DNA of 64,000 nucleotides from an uncultured Planctomycetia bacterium (lineage in GTDB: Bacteria; Omnitrophota; Gorgyraeia; Tantalellales; Tantalellaceae): the NCBI GenBank assembly GCA_964565425.1, contig CAZMEZ010000004.1, positions 24,907 through 88,906 of the forward strand. Direction: 5' to 3'. The position numbers were made by a program, and so were the translations under genes. A model generated the notes under the pieces. It was not told the DNA's origin. It did no database searches and saw only the letters and a list, made by a program, of their open reading frames with translations. Shown one piece after another: positions 55,873 to 64,000 of this stretch. The stretch's first letter is position 1. Every line of letters starts with the position of its first letter.

Positions 55873-56859
55873 GTGACGAAGATAGGCGTAATAGGCGCCG
55901 GTTACTGGGGGAAGAACCTGGTGAGGAACTTTTATCAGCTCGGGGCGCTTTCCGCGGTGTGCGATACGCGTGAGGAAGCCCTGGAAAAGCTGAAGAAAGA
56001 TTATGCCGATGTCAGGCTGGCGCAATGCAAGGATGACCTGTTGGATGACGGGGATATAGACGGTGTCGTCATCGCGTCTCCCGCCGCGCTCCATTACGGG
56101 CTCGCGAAAGAGGCGCTCGAGAAGGGGAAACACGTGTTCGTGGAGAAACCGCTCGCCTTGAACATACAAGAGGGCGAGGAGTTGGTGCGGTTGTCCGGGA
56201 AAAAGAAAAAAACGCTTATGGTCGGGCACATACTCCAGTATCATAATGCCGTTATAAAGCTGAAAGAGCTGGTGGACGGCGGCGAACTGGGAAAGCTCCG
56301 TTATATTTATTCCAACAGGCTGAATATAGGAAAGATACGGACGGAAGAGAACATACTTTGGAGTTTCGCGCCGCATGACATATCGGTAATACTGATGCTG
56401 CTCGGGGAATCTCCCGAATCGCTGTTCACCACGGGCGGCACTTATCTGCAACACAACGTAGCGGACGTTACCATGACGAACATGAGTTTTTCCGACGGCG
56501 TCAGGGCGCACATATTCGTTTCATGGCTGCATCCTTTTAAAGAGCAGAAGCTGGTTGTGGTAGGGGACAGGAAAATGGCCGTCTTTGACGATATGACGGA
56601 GGAGAAACTTTTTTTGTATCCCCATAAAGTGGAATGGAAGAACAGCGTGCCGGTGGCCTCGAAGGCCGGGAAAGAAGCGGTTCCTTTCGATATGGTCGAG
56701 CCGCTCAGGGCCGAATGCCGGCATTTTATCGATTGCATGGAAAAAGGCGGGACGCCAAGAACGGACGGCAAGGAGGGCCTCAGGGTCCTCGGGGTCCTTC
56801 AGGCCTCGCAGGAATCGCTGGATAATTCAGGGAAGCTTATCCGTTTTTCAAGAGCCTGA
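55873..56859 (+). CDS. Gfo/Idh/MocA-family sugar-nucleotide oxidoreductase (WbpB-like)
   Basis: N-terminal IGVIGAGYWGKN Rossmann motif and family length. Confidence 0.75.
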   Translation: MTKIGVIGAGYWGKNLVRNFYQLGALSAVCDTREEALEKLKKDYADVRLAQCKDDLLDDGDIDGVVIASPAALHYGLAKEALEKGKHVFVEKPLALNIQEGEELVRLSGKKKKTLMVGHILQYHNAVIKLKELVDGGELGKLRYIYSNRLNIGKIRTEENILWSFAPHDISVILMLLGESPESLFTTGGTYLQHNVADVTMTNMSFSDGVRAHIFVSWLHPFKEQKLVVVGDRKMAVFDDMTEEKLFLYPHKVEWKNSVPVASKAGKEAVPFDMVEPLRAECRHFIDCMEKGGTPRTDGKEGLRVLGVLQASQESLDNSGKLIRFSRA

Positions 56860-56871
56860 CAGGGGGATTAA

Positions 56872-57444
56872 ATGGATCATTTTGTTCACGGATCTTCTTA
56901 CGTTGACGAAGGCGTAGAAATAGGAAAAGGCACGAAGATATGGCATTTTTGCCACATCATAAAGGGGTCCAGGATAGGCAAGGACTGCAAGATAGGGCAG
57001 AACGTGGTAATAGGCCCCGACGCGACAGTGGGGAACAACTGTAAGATACAGAATAACGTTTCGGTCTACACGGGCGTTACGCTTGAAGACGACGTCTTTT
57101 GCGGGCCTTCCATGGTATTCACGAACGTTTATAACCCCAGGAGCGCGGTTCCCCGCATGCGCGAGTTGAAAGAAACTCTAGTGAAAAAAGGCGCGACCAT
57201 CGGAGCGAATTCCACGATAGTGTGCGGGAACACCATAGGCCGGCATGCCTTTATAGGCGCCGGGGCGGTAGTGATAAAAGACGTTGCCGATCACGCCCTC
57301 GTGGTCGGCAATCCGGCGCGACAGGTCGGATGGATGTGCGAATGCGGCGTAAAGCTCGAATTCGCCGGCGAGAAGAGCGCGTGTCCGGCATGCGGTGTGA
57401 AATACGAAAAGAAGGAAGGCGCCGTAAAAAAGGAAGGAAAATGA
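56872..57444 (+). CDS. Hexapeptide-repeat N-acetyltransferase (WbpD-like left-handed beta-helix)
   Basis: Tandem hexapeptide repeats ([29 protein letters not shown]). Confidence 0.7.
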   Translation: MDHFVHGSSYVDEGVEIGKGTKIWHFCHIIKGSRIGKDCKIGQNVVIGPDATVGNNCKIQNNVSVYTGVTLEDDVFCGPSMVFTNVYNPRSAVPRMRELKETLVKKGATIGANSTIVCGNTIGRHAFIGAGAVVIKDVADHALVVGNPARQVGWMCECGVKLEFAGEKSACPACGVKYEKKEGAVKKEGK

Positions 57445-58184
57445 GCGTAGACAGGATCACATTACTGGGGTGCCCTATCGATAACCTGTCTATCGGGGAG
57501 ATGACTTCCGTTGTCGACGGCTTCATTAAAAGCAGAAAGCCCCACCAGTACGTGGCCATAAACGCCGACAAGATCGTCAAGATGCGCAAGGATCCCGAAT
57601 TCAGGGATATTATAATGCAGAGCGACCTCAATATAGTCGATGGCCAGCCGCTGGTGTGGGTTTCGAAGTTGTTCGGCAGGCCGGTAAAACAAAGATACGG
57701 GGGGCTCGATATAATGGACGCCCTGATACCCAGGGGTTACGGGGTCTATTTCCTGGGCGCCGAAGAAGATGTTATAAAAGAAGTCGTCGATAAGTACCGG
57801 AACTTGTATCCGGATATGAAGCTTGCCGGCTGGCGGAACGGCTATTGGTCGGAAGACGAGGAGAAGGGCGTGGTGGAGGGGATAAAGAGGTCGTCCCCCG
57901 ATATCCTTTTTTTCGCCATGAGCTCGCCGAAAAAAGAAAAATTCCTGAAAAAATATTTGAAAGAAATGAAAGTGCCTTTTGTCGCCGGTGTAGGAGGGGC
58001 GTTCGACATAGTAGCCGGCAAGACGAAACGCGCTCCGAAATGGATGCAGGACACCGGGCTTGAATGGCTGTTCCGCGTCATGCAGGAACCGAGGCGCCTG
58101 TGGAAAAGATATCTGGTAGGGAATGCCGGGTTCATATGGATAGTCCTGAAGGATTTCATCGGAATAGAAAGGCCACGGGTATGA
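57441..58184 (+). CDS. WecB/TagA/CpsF-family glycosyltransferase (GT26)
   Basis: Start taken at the internal ATG ([14 protein letters not shown]), because the longer ORF from 57222 overlaps the acetyltransferase out of frame. LLGCPID and PDGQP-like motifs are typical of GT26. Confidence 0.7.
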   Translation: MSVDRITLLGCPIDNLSIGEMTSVVDGFIKSRKPHQYVAINADKIVKMRKDPEFRDIIMQSDLNIVDGQPLVWVSKLFGRPVKQRYGGLDIMDALIPRGYGVYFLGAEEDVIKEVVDKYRNLYPDMKLAGWRNGYWSEDEEKGVVEGIKRSSPDILFFAMSSPKKEKFLKKYLKEMKVPFVAGVGGAFDIVAGKTKRAPKWMQDTGLEWLFRVMQEPRRLWKRYLVGNAGFIWIVLKDFIGIERPRV

Positions 58185-59383
58185 CAGGAAACGCGCTCGT
58201 CGCGCTGAAGAAAAGAGTAATGCCCGAAGAGGCGCCTTACAGATATTTTATTATCTCCGGTATATTTTTTTTCGTGTTCCTTTGCGGGCTCCATTTCGCG
58301 TCGGGACGTTCCCTGTGGCTGGACGAAAGGTCCATACTTGAGAACATCACGATGCTCCAGCCGCATGAACTTCTGGGTCCATTGAGGCATTCCCAGGCAT
58401 TTCCGCATCTTTACCTCTTTGCCGTGCAGAGCGTCTCAAGAGTCTTTGATTACAGCGTTTACAGTCTTCGGGTGATACCCTTTATATTGATGTTATGCGC
58501 ATTCTATACCTGGCTGCGCCTTTTTAAAAAGGAAGAAGGCGCGGGCCTGAACTATACGCTTTTTATCCTTGCCTGGTGCGGTTCACACCTAATGTCGTAT
58601 TACGCGGCTGAACTGAAACAGTATTCAGGGGACGTCCTCATCGCGGCGCTTTTCTCCATTTTTATACTGGATCAAAGAGAACAGCTGAGAGATCAGGAGA
58701 TACGTCCTTTATCGGCGCTTAAATATCTCGCGATGCCCGCGCTGGTGCTTTTGTCCTACACGGCGAATTTTTTCGTCCTGATCCCTTTGTATAATCTCAT
58801 TTTAAGTATAAAGGGTAACCGGAAGAACGTCCTGTATGCCTGTATCTATTTCGTATCCACGGCCGCGTTCATGAGCGTGTCCTATTTTTATGACGCCAGG
58901 CACGCCCGGGTGGTGGAAGATTTCCCCGTTTACTGGAATGATTATTTTATATTAACCGGTTCCTTCCCCGAATTCATACAGTCTTTCAGCGAGGGGTTCA
59001 GGAACGTTTTCGTAAGGTGGTTCGTAGAGACAAGCCTGGTTCGGCGCGTAATGACGATATTCCTCCCTTTCGCGGTCTATTTTCTGGCGGTACCGGGGTA
59101 CAGGCGCTTCAGGGAGGATAAGTTCAGGTTGTTGTCATTAAGGACCATTATCCCCGCCGTTCTTATCGGCATGATGATCGCGGGAGTCCTCAAATATTAT
59201 CCCTTTACGGGGACAAGAGTTACGCTTTTCATAGCCCCGTTTATCTTCTATTCCATAATAAAGGGGATGGAGACCGTCAAGCCAAGATTCCCTCTGGCCT
59301 ATAAAGGGCTGGTATCCGTGTACGTTCTTACCCTGATCTCCACGTCGGTGTACGTGACGCTCAGGTATCTTGCGTTATATTAG
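58181..59383 (+). CDS. Polytopic membrane protein, possible GT-C-fold glycosyltransferase
   Basis: Start at the ATG overlapping the upstream stop. Ten or more predicted transmembrane segments. The WLDE motif in the first loop is reminiscent of ArnT/PMT-type lipid-linked-sugar transferases. Confidence 0.4.
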   Translation: MTGNALVALKKRVMPEEAPYRYFIISGIFFFVFLCGLHFASGRSLWLDERSILENITMLQPHELLGPLRHSQAFPHLYLFAVQSVSRVFDYSVYSLRVIPFILMLCAFYTWLRLFKKEEGAGLNYTLFILAWCGSHLMSYYAAELKQYSGDVLIAALFSIFILDQREQLRDQEIRPLSALKYLAMPALVLLSYTANFFVLIPLYNLILSIKGNRKNVLYACIYFVSTAAFMSVSYFYDARHARVVEDFPVYWNDYFILTGSFPEFIQSFSEGFRNVFVRWFVETSLVRRVMTIFLPFAVYFLAVPGYRRFREDKFRLLSLRTIIPAVLIGMMIAGVLKYYPFTGTRVTLFIAPFIFYSIIKGMETVKPRFPLAYKGLVSVYVLTLISTSVYVTLRYLALY

Positions 59384-59800
59384 TCCCTGGTTTCCAGTTG
59401 CCAGTCCCCGGTAAAATTCACAAGATACCAGATACTAGATACAAACTTCATTCCCGCTACTCATCACCTATCGCGTATTATGTATTACTTACTTTGTACG
59501 TCCCTTTAGCCCCTCGCCTTTAGCCTCGTTACTCGTCGTTCGTTTTTCGTCGTTCGTCGTTCGTTGTTCGTTAAAACACGGATGATCACTGATATTGCGT
59601 ATTACGTGAGTTGATCGCGGAGATTTAAATGGGATTACGGAGATTACATCTTCGTAATCTAAAAGAGGGTGTCAAACTGCAAATCTTCGTAATCAACGCC
59701 TTTCTTCCGCCTTTATCCTTTAACCTTTATCCTTTAACCTTTATCCTTTAACCTTTATCCTTTAACCTTCATCCTTGCCTCATTGCCCTGCGCCAAGCCC
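59384..59800. repeat. Composite heptamer-repeat element containing the left arm of a roughly 165-bp inverted repeat (59503-59666) and a 14-nt x4 tandem array (59710-59765)
   Basis: 59385-59415 is the reverse complement of the ggggactggcaactgg module at 7215-7241. 59503-59666 is the near-exact reverse complement of 61418-61590. cctttatcctttaa repeated four times lies at 59710-59765. Confidence 0.75.
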
Positions 59801-59929
59801 CATGCTCCATACCTGTCCGCTGGACGCCGGACGCTGCCCGCTGAACTAAACCGTTGCATCAAATCCCCATTAGCGATAAACTATTATAATATTGCTTATG
59901 GCACAAACATATGTAAACGGCAGGAAGAG

Positions 59930-61342
59930 ATGATAAAACCGACAAAAAAGATATATCCCGTATATTTCCTCGTGGATATCGCCATAATAAGCCTGTGCTT
60001 CATCGCATCTTACCTGGTGAGGTACAATTCTCCCGATGAGATATTCCGCGAGGCCTATTTTCCGAACCTCGAAGGCTATTCTTTTGTCTTTCTGCTTTGG
60101 ACAACGTTCATAGTCATTTCCTTCAAGAGGCGGAATCTTTACATGACGGACAGAAGCCTGAACATACCGCGGGAGATGTTCAGGGTGATAATAAGCGTTT
60201 TTTATACCGGGATCCTGATAGGCGCGGTGATATTCTTCGCCCAGTACAAGTTCTTTTCGCGCCAGGTATACCTGACGAGTTTTGTTTCATTGGCGGTTTT
60301 CCTGAGCCTCTGGCGTATCATAAAGAGGCTTATCCTTAGGAAACTTATAGCCGAGGGTTATCATAACGTCAACGTGCTTGTGGTCGGCATCGGCCGGGTA
60401 GGAAAGATAATCCTGGAAGAGATAAAAAAGACGCCCTGGGTCGGTCTCAGGGCAGCAGGTGTCCTGGACGATTTCGTAGAGGGCAAGATCGAAGGGGTGC
60501 CTGTCCTGGGCAGGCTTGATGATTTCCCCGTGGTGGCTAAAAAGTATTTTATCGACGAAGTCATAGTTACTATACCATCGGAGAAAATAGCGGTTTCCGG
60601 GATAATACGCCAGGCGAAACAGATGCGGCTCGGCGTGAAGGTCGTCCCCGAGAACTTCGAGGAACCGCTCCCGGTCTTAAACATAAATTATCTGGGGGTC
60701 ATACCGCTTCTGACCTACAAGGAGAGGCGACATCACCCGGCGGAATTCGCGATGAAACGCTTCGTCGATTTTATTTTATCTTTCCTGCTCCTGGCGGTAA
60801 CGGCTCCCGTGTTCGCGGTCATAGCCGTCCTGATAAAGATCGATTCCAAAGGCCCCGTGTTCTATGTCCAGAAGAGAGTGGGGTTCAAGGGGAAGAAATT
60901 CAGTTTCTACAAGTTCCGTTCGATGGCCGCGGGCGCCGACAAAATGAGGGTGGAGCTTTCGGAAAAGAACGAGGTCAAGGACGGCGTTATATTCAAGATC
61001 AGGGAAGATCCCCGCGTCACGCGCGTCGGTAAGGTTCTGAGAAGATACAGTCTGGACGAACTCCCGCAGCTCATCAATGTCCTGCGCGGCGATATGAGCC
61101 TCGTGGGGCCGAGACCGCCGCTCGCCGACGAGGTCGAAAAATACAGCCCCGCGCACATGCAGAGGCTTTCCATAAGGCCCGGCATGACCGGCCTCTCCCA
61201 GATAAGGGGAAGAAGCGAACTCACCTTCCAAAGATGGGTAAAATGGGACCTCTGGTACATAAACAACTGGTCCATAGGCCTGGACCTCCAGATAATCCTG
61301 AGGACGATACCGGCGGTGCTAAGGGGCGAGGGAGCGTATTGA
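59930..61342 (+). CDS. Polyprenyl glycosylphosphotransferase (WbaP/bacterial sugar transferase family), initiating enzyme
   Basis: Start taken at ATG 59930 (MIKPTKK). N-terminal transmembrane segments, a central Rossmann-like domain and a C-terminal sugar-transferase domain with SLVGPRPP. Confidence 0.8.
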   Translation: MIKPTKKIYPVYFLVDIAIISLCFIASYLVRYNSPDEIFREAYFPNLEGYSFVFLLWTTFIVISFKRRNLYMTDRSLNIPREMFRVIISVFYTGILIGAVIFFAQYKFFSRQVYLTSFVSLAVFLSLWRIIKRLILRKLIAEGYHNVNVLVVGIGRVGKIILEEIKKTPWVGLRAAGVLDDFVEGKIEGVPVLGRLDDFPVVAKKYFIDEVIVTIPSEKIAVSGIIRQAKQMRLGVKVVPENFEEPLPVLNINYLGVIPLLTYKERRHHPAEFAMKRFVDFILSFLLLAVTAPVFAVIAVLIKIDSKGPVFYVQKRVGFKGKKFSFYKFRSMAAGADKMRVELSEKNEVKDGVIFKIREDPRVTRVGKVLRRYSLDELPQLINVLRGDMSLVGPRPPLADEVEKYSPAHMQRLSIRPGMTGLSQIRGRSELTFQRWVKWDLWYINNWSIGLDLQIILRTIPAVLRGEGAY

Positions 61343-61700
61343 GGGTATCGCATAGCGCTAAGCGCATAGCGGGTTAAGTGATGCGTGATACGCAGGCTAA
61401 AGGCAAGAGGCGAAATTGATTACGAAGATGTAATCTCCGTAATCCCATTTAAATCTCCGCGATCAACTCACGTAATACGCAATATCAGTGATCATCTGTG
61501 TTTTAACGAACAACGAACGACGAACGACGAACGACGAAAAACGAACGACGAGTAACGAGGCGAAAGGCTAAAGGCGAGGGGCTAGAGGCGAAATTGATTA
61601 CGAAGATTTTGAAGTAGACGATAATCTTAGATCGCGAAGATCCGATCTCCGTAATCCCATTTAAATCTCCGCGATCAACATAATGAACCCAAGACCCAAG
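61343..61700. repeat. Composite heptamer-repeat element containing the right arm of the inverted repeat (61418-61590) and a second gattacgaagat module (61590-61680)
   Basis: Begins atcgcatagcgctaagcgcatagcgg, as does 25245. 61418-61590 mirrors 59503-59666 with one extra acgacga unit. 61590-61680 is near-identical to 47750-47845. Confidence 0.75.
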
Positions 61701-61704
61701 ACTA

Positions 61705-61962
61705 ATGAATAAATACTGCGTTTATATCGTGAAATGCAGGGACAACACATTCTATGCCGGGTGTACGAATAACCTGGAAAAGCGTATCAAGGCACATAAC
61801 GAAGGAAAGGGCGCGAAGTATACCAGGGGCAGGATCCCGGTAAAACTGGCATATGTTCTGGAATGCAGGGGCCATAAAGACGCGTTGCGCGCGGAGAGGG
61901 ACATCAAAAAGCTTACCCGGAAACAGAAAGAGAAGCTTGTAAGGGAGTTAAGTGATAGGTGA
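61705..61962 (+). CDS. Stand-alone GIY-YIG nuclease-domain protein
   Basis: 85 aa. CVYIVKCRDNTFYAGCTNNLEKRIKAHN matches the GIY-YIG core with its conserved Arg and Glu. Embedded between repeat elements. Confidence 0.7.
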   Translation: MNKYCVYIVKCRDNTFYAGCTNNLEKRIKAHNEGKGAKYTRGRIPVKLAYVLECRGHKDALRAERDIKKLTRKQKEKLVRELSDR

Positions 61963-62094
61963 TGAGGCGAAGGTTAAAGGTTAAAGGTTAAAGGGCCCGA
62001 TAAACCGGGCAACTACGGTTTACGATATTCGAACCCCGAACGACGAACGATGGATTACGACTCACGATTCACGACTTACGATTCACGATCATAA
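61963..62094. repeat. Heptamer/nonamer repeat element (ggttaaagg x3, cgaacga units, ttcacga x5)
   Basis: ggttaaaggttaaaggttaaagg at 61970-61993 is the complement-orientation relative of the ccttta[t/a] array at 59710. cgatattcgaaccccgaacgacgaacga is shared with 8392-8420. attacgactcacgattcacgacttacgattcacgatc lies at 62054-62090. Confidence 0.65.
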
Positions 62095-62835
62095 ATGAGC
62101 AAAATATCCCTCTTTATTCCCATCTTTAACGCCTCAAGACTCATCAGGGATGACCTTAGAAAATGTTATGACGCTTTGCTGCGGCTGGGCGACGATTTTG
62201 AGATCGTTCTCGTCGACGATAATTCGACTGATGAGTCGTACAGGTTCCGGCGCGTGATCGAGAGGGCAAGACAGGCGACGGGCAGGGAGATAAAGTATCT
62301 TTCGTATGATAAGGGGCCCTCGCGCAGGGAGAACCTTGCCAGGTCTTTCTATGCCGCCAGGTACGATATCATCGCTTTCATGGATGCCGACCTTTCCTGT
62401 GATGTCTCTTTTCTCATTAAAGCGATAGACCTCTTGAAAAAAGAGTCAGCCGACATCGTGACGGGCAGCCGCTACGTCAGGGGCGCCAGGGTCCGGCGCC
62501 GGCCCCTCAGGAGGATCTTCAGTTTTTTCTATAACTCCTCGCTCAGGATGCTTTTCAACTCGCGGATAAAGGACCACCAGTGCGGGCTTAAGATTTTCCG
62601 CAAAGATAAGGTAATGCCCCTCATCGATGAAATGGGGTATGATGAAAAATTCGTCAGAGGCTGGTTTTGGGATGCCGAACTTCTGATACGTTCACAGAAG
62701 GCGCGTCTCAAAGTGGTCGAGATGCCCGTTGAATGGCATTACGCGGATACGAGCACTTTTGATTTCAGAAGAGAAGTGAGGTGTCTCCGGTCCATAGTCA
62801 GGCTCAGAAAGGAACTCGGCCGTATTCGTCAGTAA
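62095..62835 (+). CDS. Glycosyltransferase family 2, polyprenol-phosphate sugar synthase-like (DPM1/ArnC-like)
   Basis: IFIPIFNAS ... VLVDDNSTDES ... DADLS (DxD) motifs of polyprenyl-phosphate glycosyltransferases. 246 aa. Confidence 0.7.
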   Translation: MSKISLFIPIFNASRLIRDDLRKCYDALLRLGDDFEIVLVDDNSTDESYRFRRVIERARQATGREIKYLSYDKGPSRRENLARSFYAARYDIIAFMDADLSCDVSFLIKAIDLLKKESADIVTGSRYVRGARVRRRPLRRIFSFFYNSSLRMLFNSRIKDHQCGLKIFRKDKVMPLIDEMGYDEKFVRGWFWDAELLIRSQKARLKVVEMPVEWHYADTSTFDFRREVRCLRSIVRLRKELGRIRQ

Positions 62836-62839
62836 TAAT

Positions 62840-64000
62840 ATGAATATCTTATCTGTGTTGAGGAGTTTTACCGGTAGAGACGGCAGATCGCTCGTTGTTC
62901 TGTTCTTTGTTCTTTATTTCTTTCTGGGGTTGGCGGTCTTTGACGACTACGGTGTCTCCTGGGACGAGGATTTTTCGAGATCCAACGGAGAAGTTTCCGT
63001 CAAATACGCCCTTTACGGGGATGAACGGCTCTTCGCGCACTGGGAGAAATATCACGGACCGGTTTTTGAGATGTTCCTGTATCTTATGGAAAAGGCCCCG
63101 GGGATAACCGAAAACCCCAGAGCAGCTTATCTCATGAGGCACCTGGCCACTTTCCTGCTCTTTTATGCCGGGATGTGGTTCTTTTATCTTTTGTGCAAGC
63201 GCAGGTTCAGGAGCCGGAAGGTCGCTCTTTTGGGGTGCGTGTTTCTCTTGATAAGCCCCCGTATTTTCGCTCATTCTTTCTATAATTCAAAGGACATAGC
63301 TTTTCTATCCCTTTTTATTATAAGCATTTACACGCTTTTGCGGTATCTGGACAAAAAGACATTTTTCAGGGCATCGATCCATGCGCTGGTCTCGGCCCTC
63401 TTGATCGATGTCCGGATAATGGGCCTTATCATTCCGGTCTTTACCCTGGTCTTTGCCGCTTCCGATCTATGCATGAAAGGAGTAACGCGGAAGAGACGAC
63501 AAGCCGGCAGCCTGTTCTTGTACGCGGTTTTCCTGCCGTCCTTAGTCGTGCTATTCTGGCCCACGTTGTGGTCCGATCCTCTGGGGAATTTCATACAAGC
63601 CATCAAACAGATGAAGAGTTTTCCCTGGGAGGCGCCCGTTTTATATTTGGGAGAATATGTGAGAGCCACTAACCTGCCGTGGCATTATATTCCCGTGTGG
63701 CTTGTCATAACGACACCGGTCCTGTACACGTTATTTTTCCTTGCGGGCTGTTCCGTCGAGATAAGGTCCATGCTGAAAGGGTGGGGCGGCTTCTACCGCG
63801 AGAGAAGGGAAGACCTTATATATCTCTTGTGGTTCTTCCTGCCCCTGGTTACCGTAATAGGCGCCGGCACGGTCCTTTACGATTCATGGAGGCACATGTT
63901 CTTTATCTATCCCGCGTTCTTGATATTATCTCTCGTGGGGATGGTATCGATGTACGATTACGTCAGGCGCGTGTTGAGCGGTCGGAATTTTCAATCGTTC
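62840..64000 (+). CDS. GT-C-fold membrane glycosyltransferase (ArnT/PMT/GT39-like), partial: 3' end beyond the window
   Basis: My own translation found an open frame from the ATG at 62840 to the window end with no stop in 387 codons. The ORF track did not report this frame, and I could not recheck the translation by computation. The first-loop motif DDYGVSWDED (the GT-C DE motif) is followed by many transmembrane segments. Paired with the upstream ArnC-like GT2. Confidence 0.45.
   Translation, partial: MNILSVLRSFTGRDGRSLVVLFFVLYFFLGLAVFDDYGVSWDEDFSRSNGEVSVKYALYGDERLFAHWEKYHGPVFEMFLYLMEKAPGITENPRAAYLMRHLATFLLFYAGMWFFYLLCKRRFRSRKVALLGCVFLLISPRIFAHSFYNSKDIAFLSLFIISIYTLLRYLDKKTFFRASIHALVSALLIDVRIMGLIIPVFTLVFAASDLCMKGVTRKRRQAGSLFLYAVFLPSLVVLFWPTLWSDPLGNFIQAIKQMKSFPWEAPVLYLGEYVRATNLPWHYIPVWLVITTPVLYTLFFLAGCSVEIRSMLKGWGGFYRERREDLIYLLWFFLPLVTVIGAGTVLYDSWRHMFFIYPAFLILSLVGMVSMYDYVRRVLSGRNFQSF

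Noticed and set aside
57222-57440. Long N-terminal extension of the GT26 ORF (57222-58184, beginning [21 protein letters not shown])
   Set aside because: The extension is out-of-frame overlap with the 3' end of the hexapeptide acetyltransferase gene and is Arg-rich low-complexity sequence. The internal ATG at 57441 gives a canonical GT26 N-terminus and a 4-nt overlap with the upstream stop.
1-64000. Mobile-element genes (transposase, integrase, recombinase) that could explain the inverted repeats
   Set aside because: No ORF in any frame shows DDE, tyrosine- or serine-recombinase hallmarks. The only nuclease-like gene is the small GIY-YIG ORF. The repeats are therefore reported as non-autonomous elements, not as an IS.

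Overview
Every convincing gene in this 64 kb window is on the + strand. The window appears to come from an uncultivated, sigma-54-using bacterium; codon usage and gene content loosely resemble Omnitrophota or deltaproteobacteria, at low confidence. There are three gene blocks. (1) 1-8.3 kb holds glycogen genes (GH57 branching enzyme, DUF4912, GlgC) and NAD-salvage genes. (2) 8.4-17.7 kb is a sigma-54 node: an NtrC-type activator, a textbook -24/-12 promoter, a secreted transglutaminase-like protein and rpoN. It is followed by a PurF-like enzyme whose catalytic Cys1 is replaced by Ser, and by a leaderless MarR regulator of the EPS-associated type. (3) 17.7-64 kb is one very large surface-glycan locus. 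It encodes a pseudaminic acid pathway with acetamidino tailoring (PseB/C/G-H/I/F plus WbpG-, HisH- and HisF-like genes). Embedded in it is a phosphonate module built like the early fosfomycin pathway: a PEP mutase-nucleotidyltransferase fusion, phosphonopyruvate decarboxylase, an Fe-alcohol dehydrogenase, B12-radical-SAM enzymes, a LicC-like nucleotidyltransferase, a CDP-alcohol phosphotransferase and two TagF-like transferases. The locus also carries five class-B B12-binding radical SAM paralogues, glycosyltransferases of families GT2, GT4, GT26 and GT-C, WbpB/D/E-like enzymes and a WbaP-like initiating phosphotransferase. The operon boundaries are filled with a striking family of modular repeats made of degenerate tandem heptanucleotides, similar in kind to cyanobacterial STRR repeats. 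One such pair forms roughly 165-bp near-perfect inverted repeats around the initiating transferase gene, next to a stand-alone GIY-YIG nuclease gene. No rRNA, tRNA, CRISPR array, transposase or integrase gene was found.
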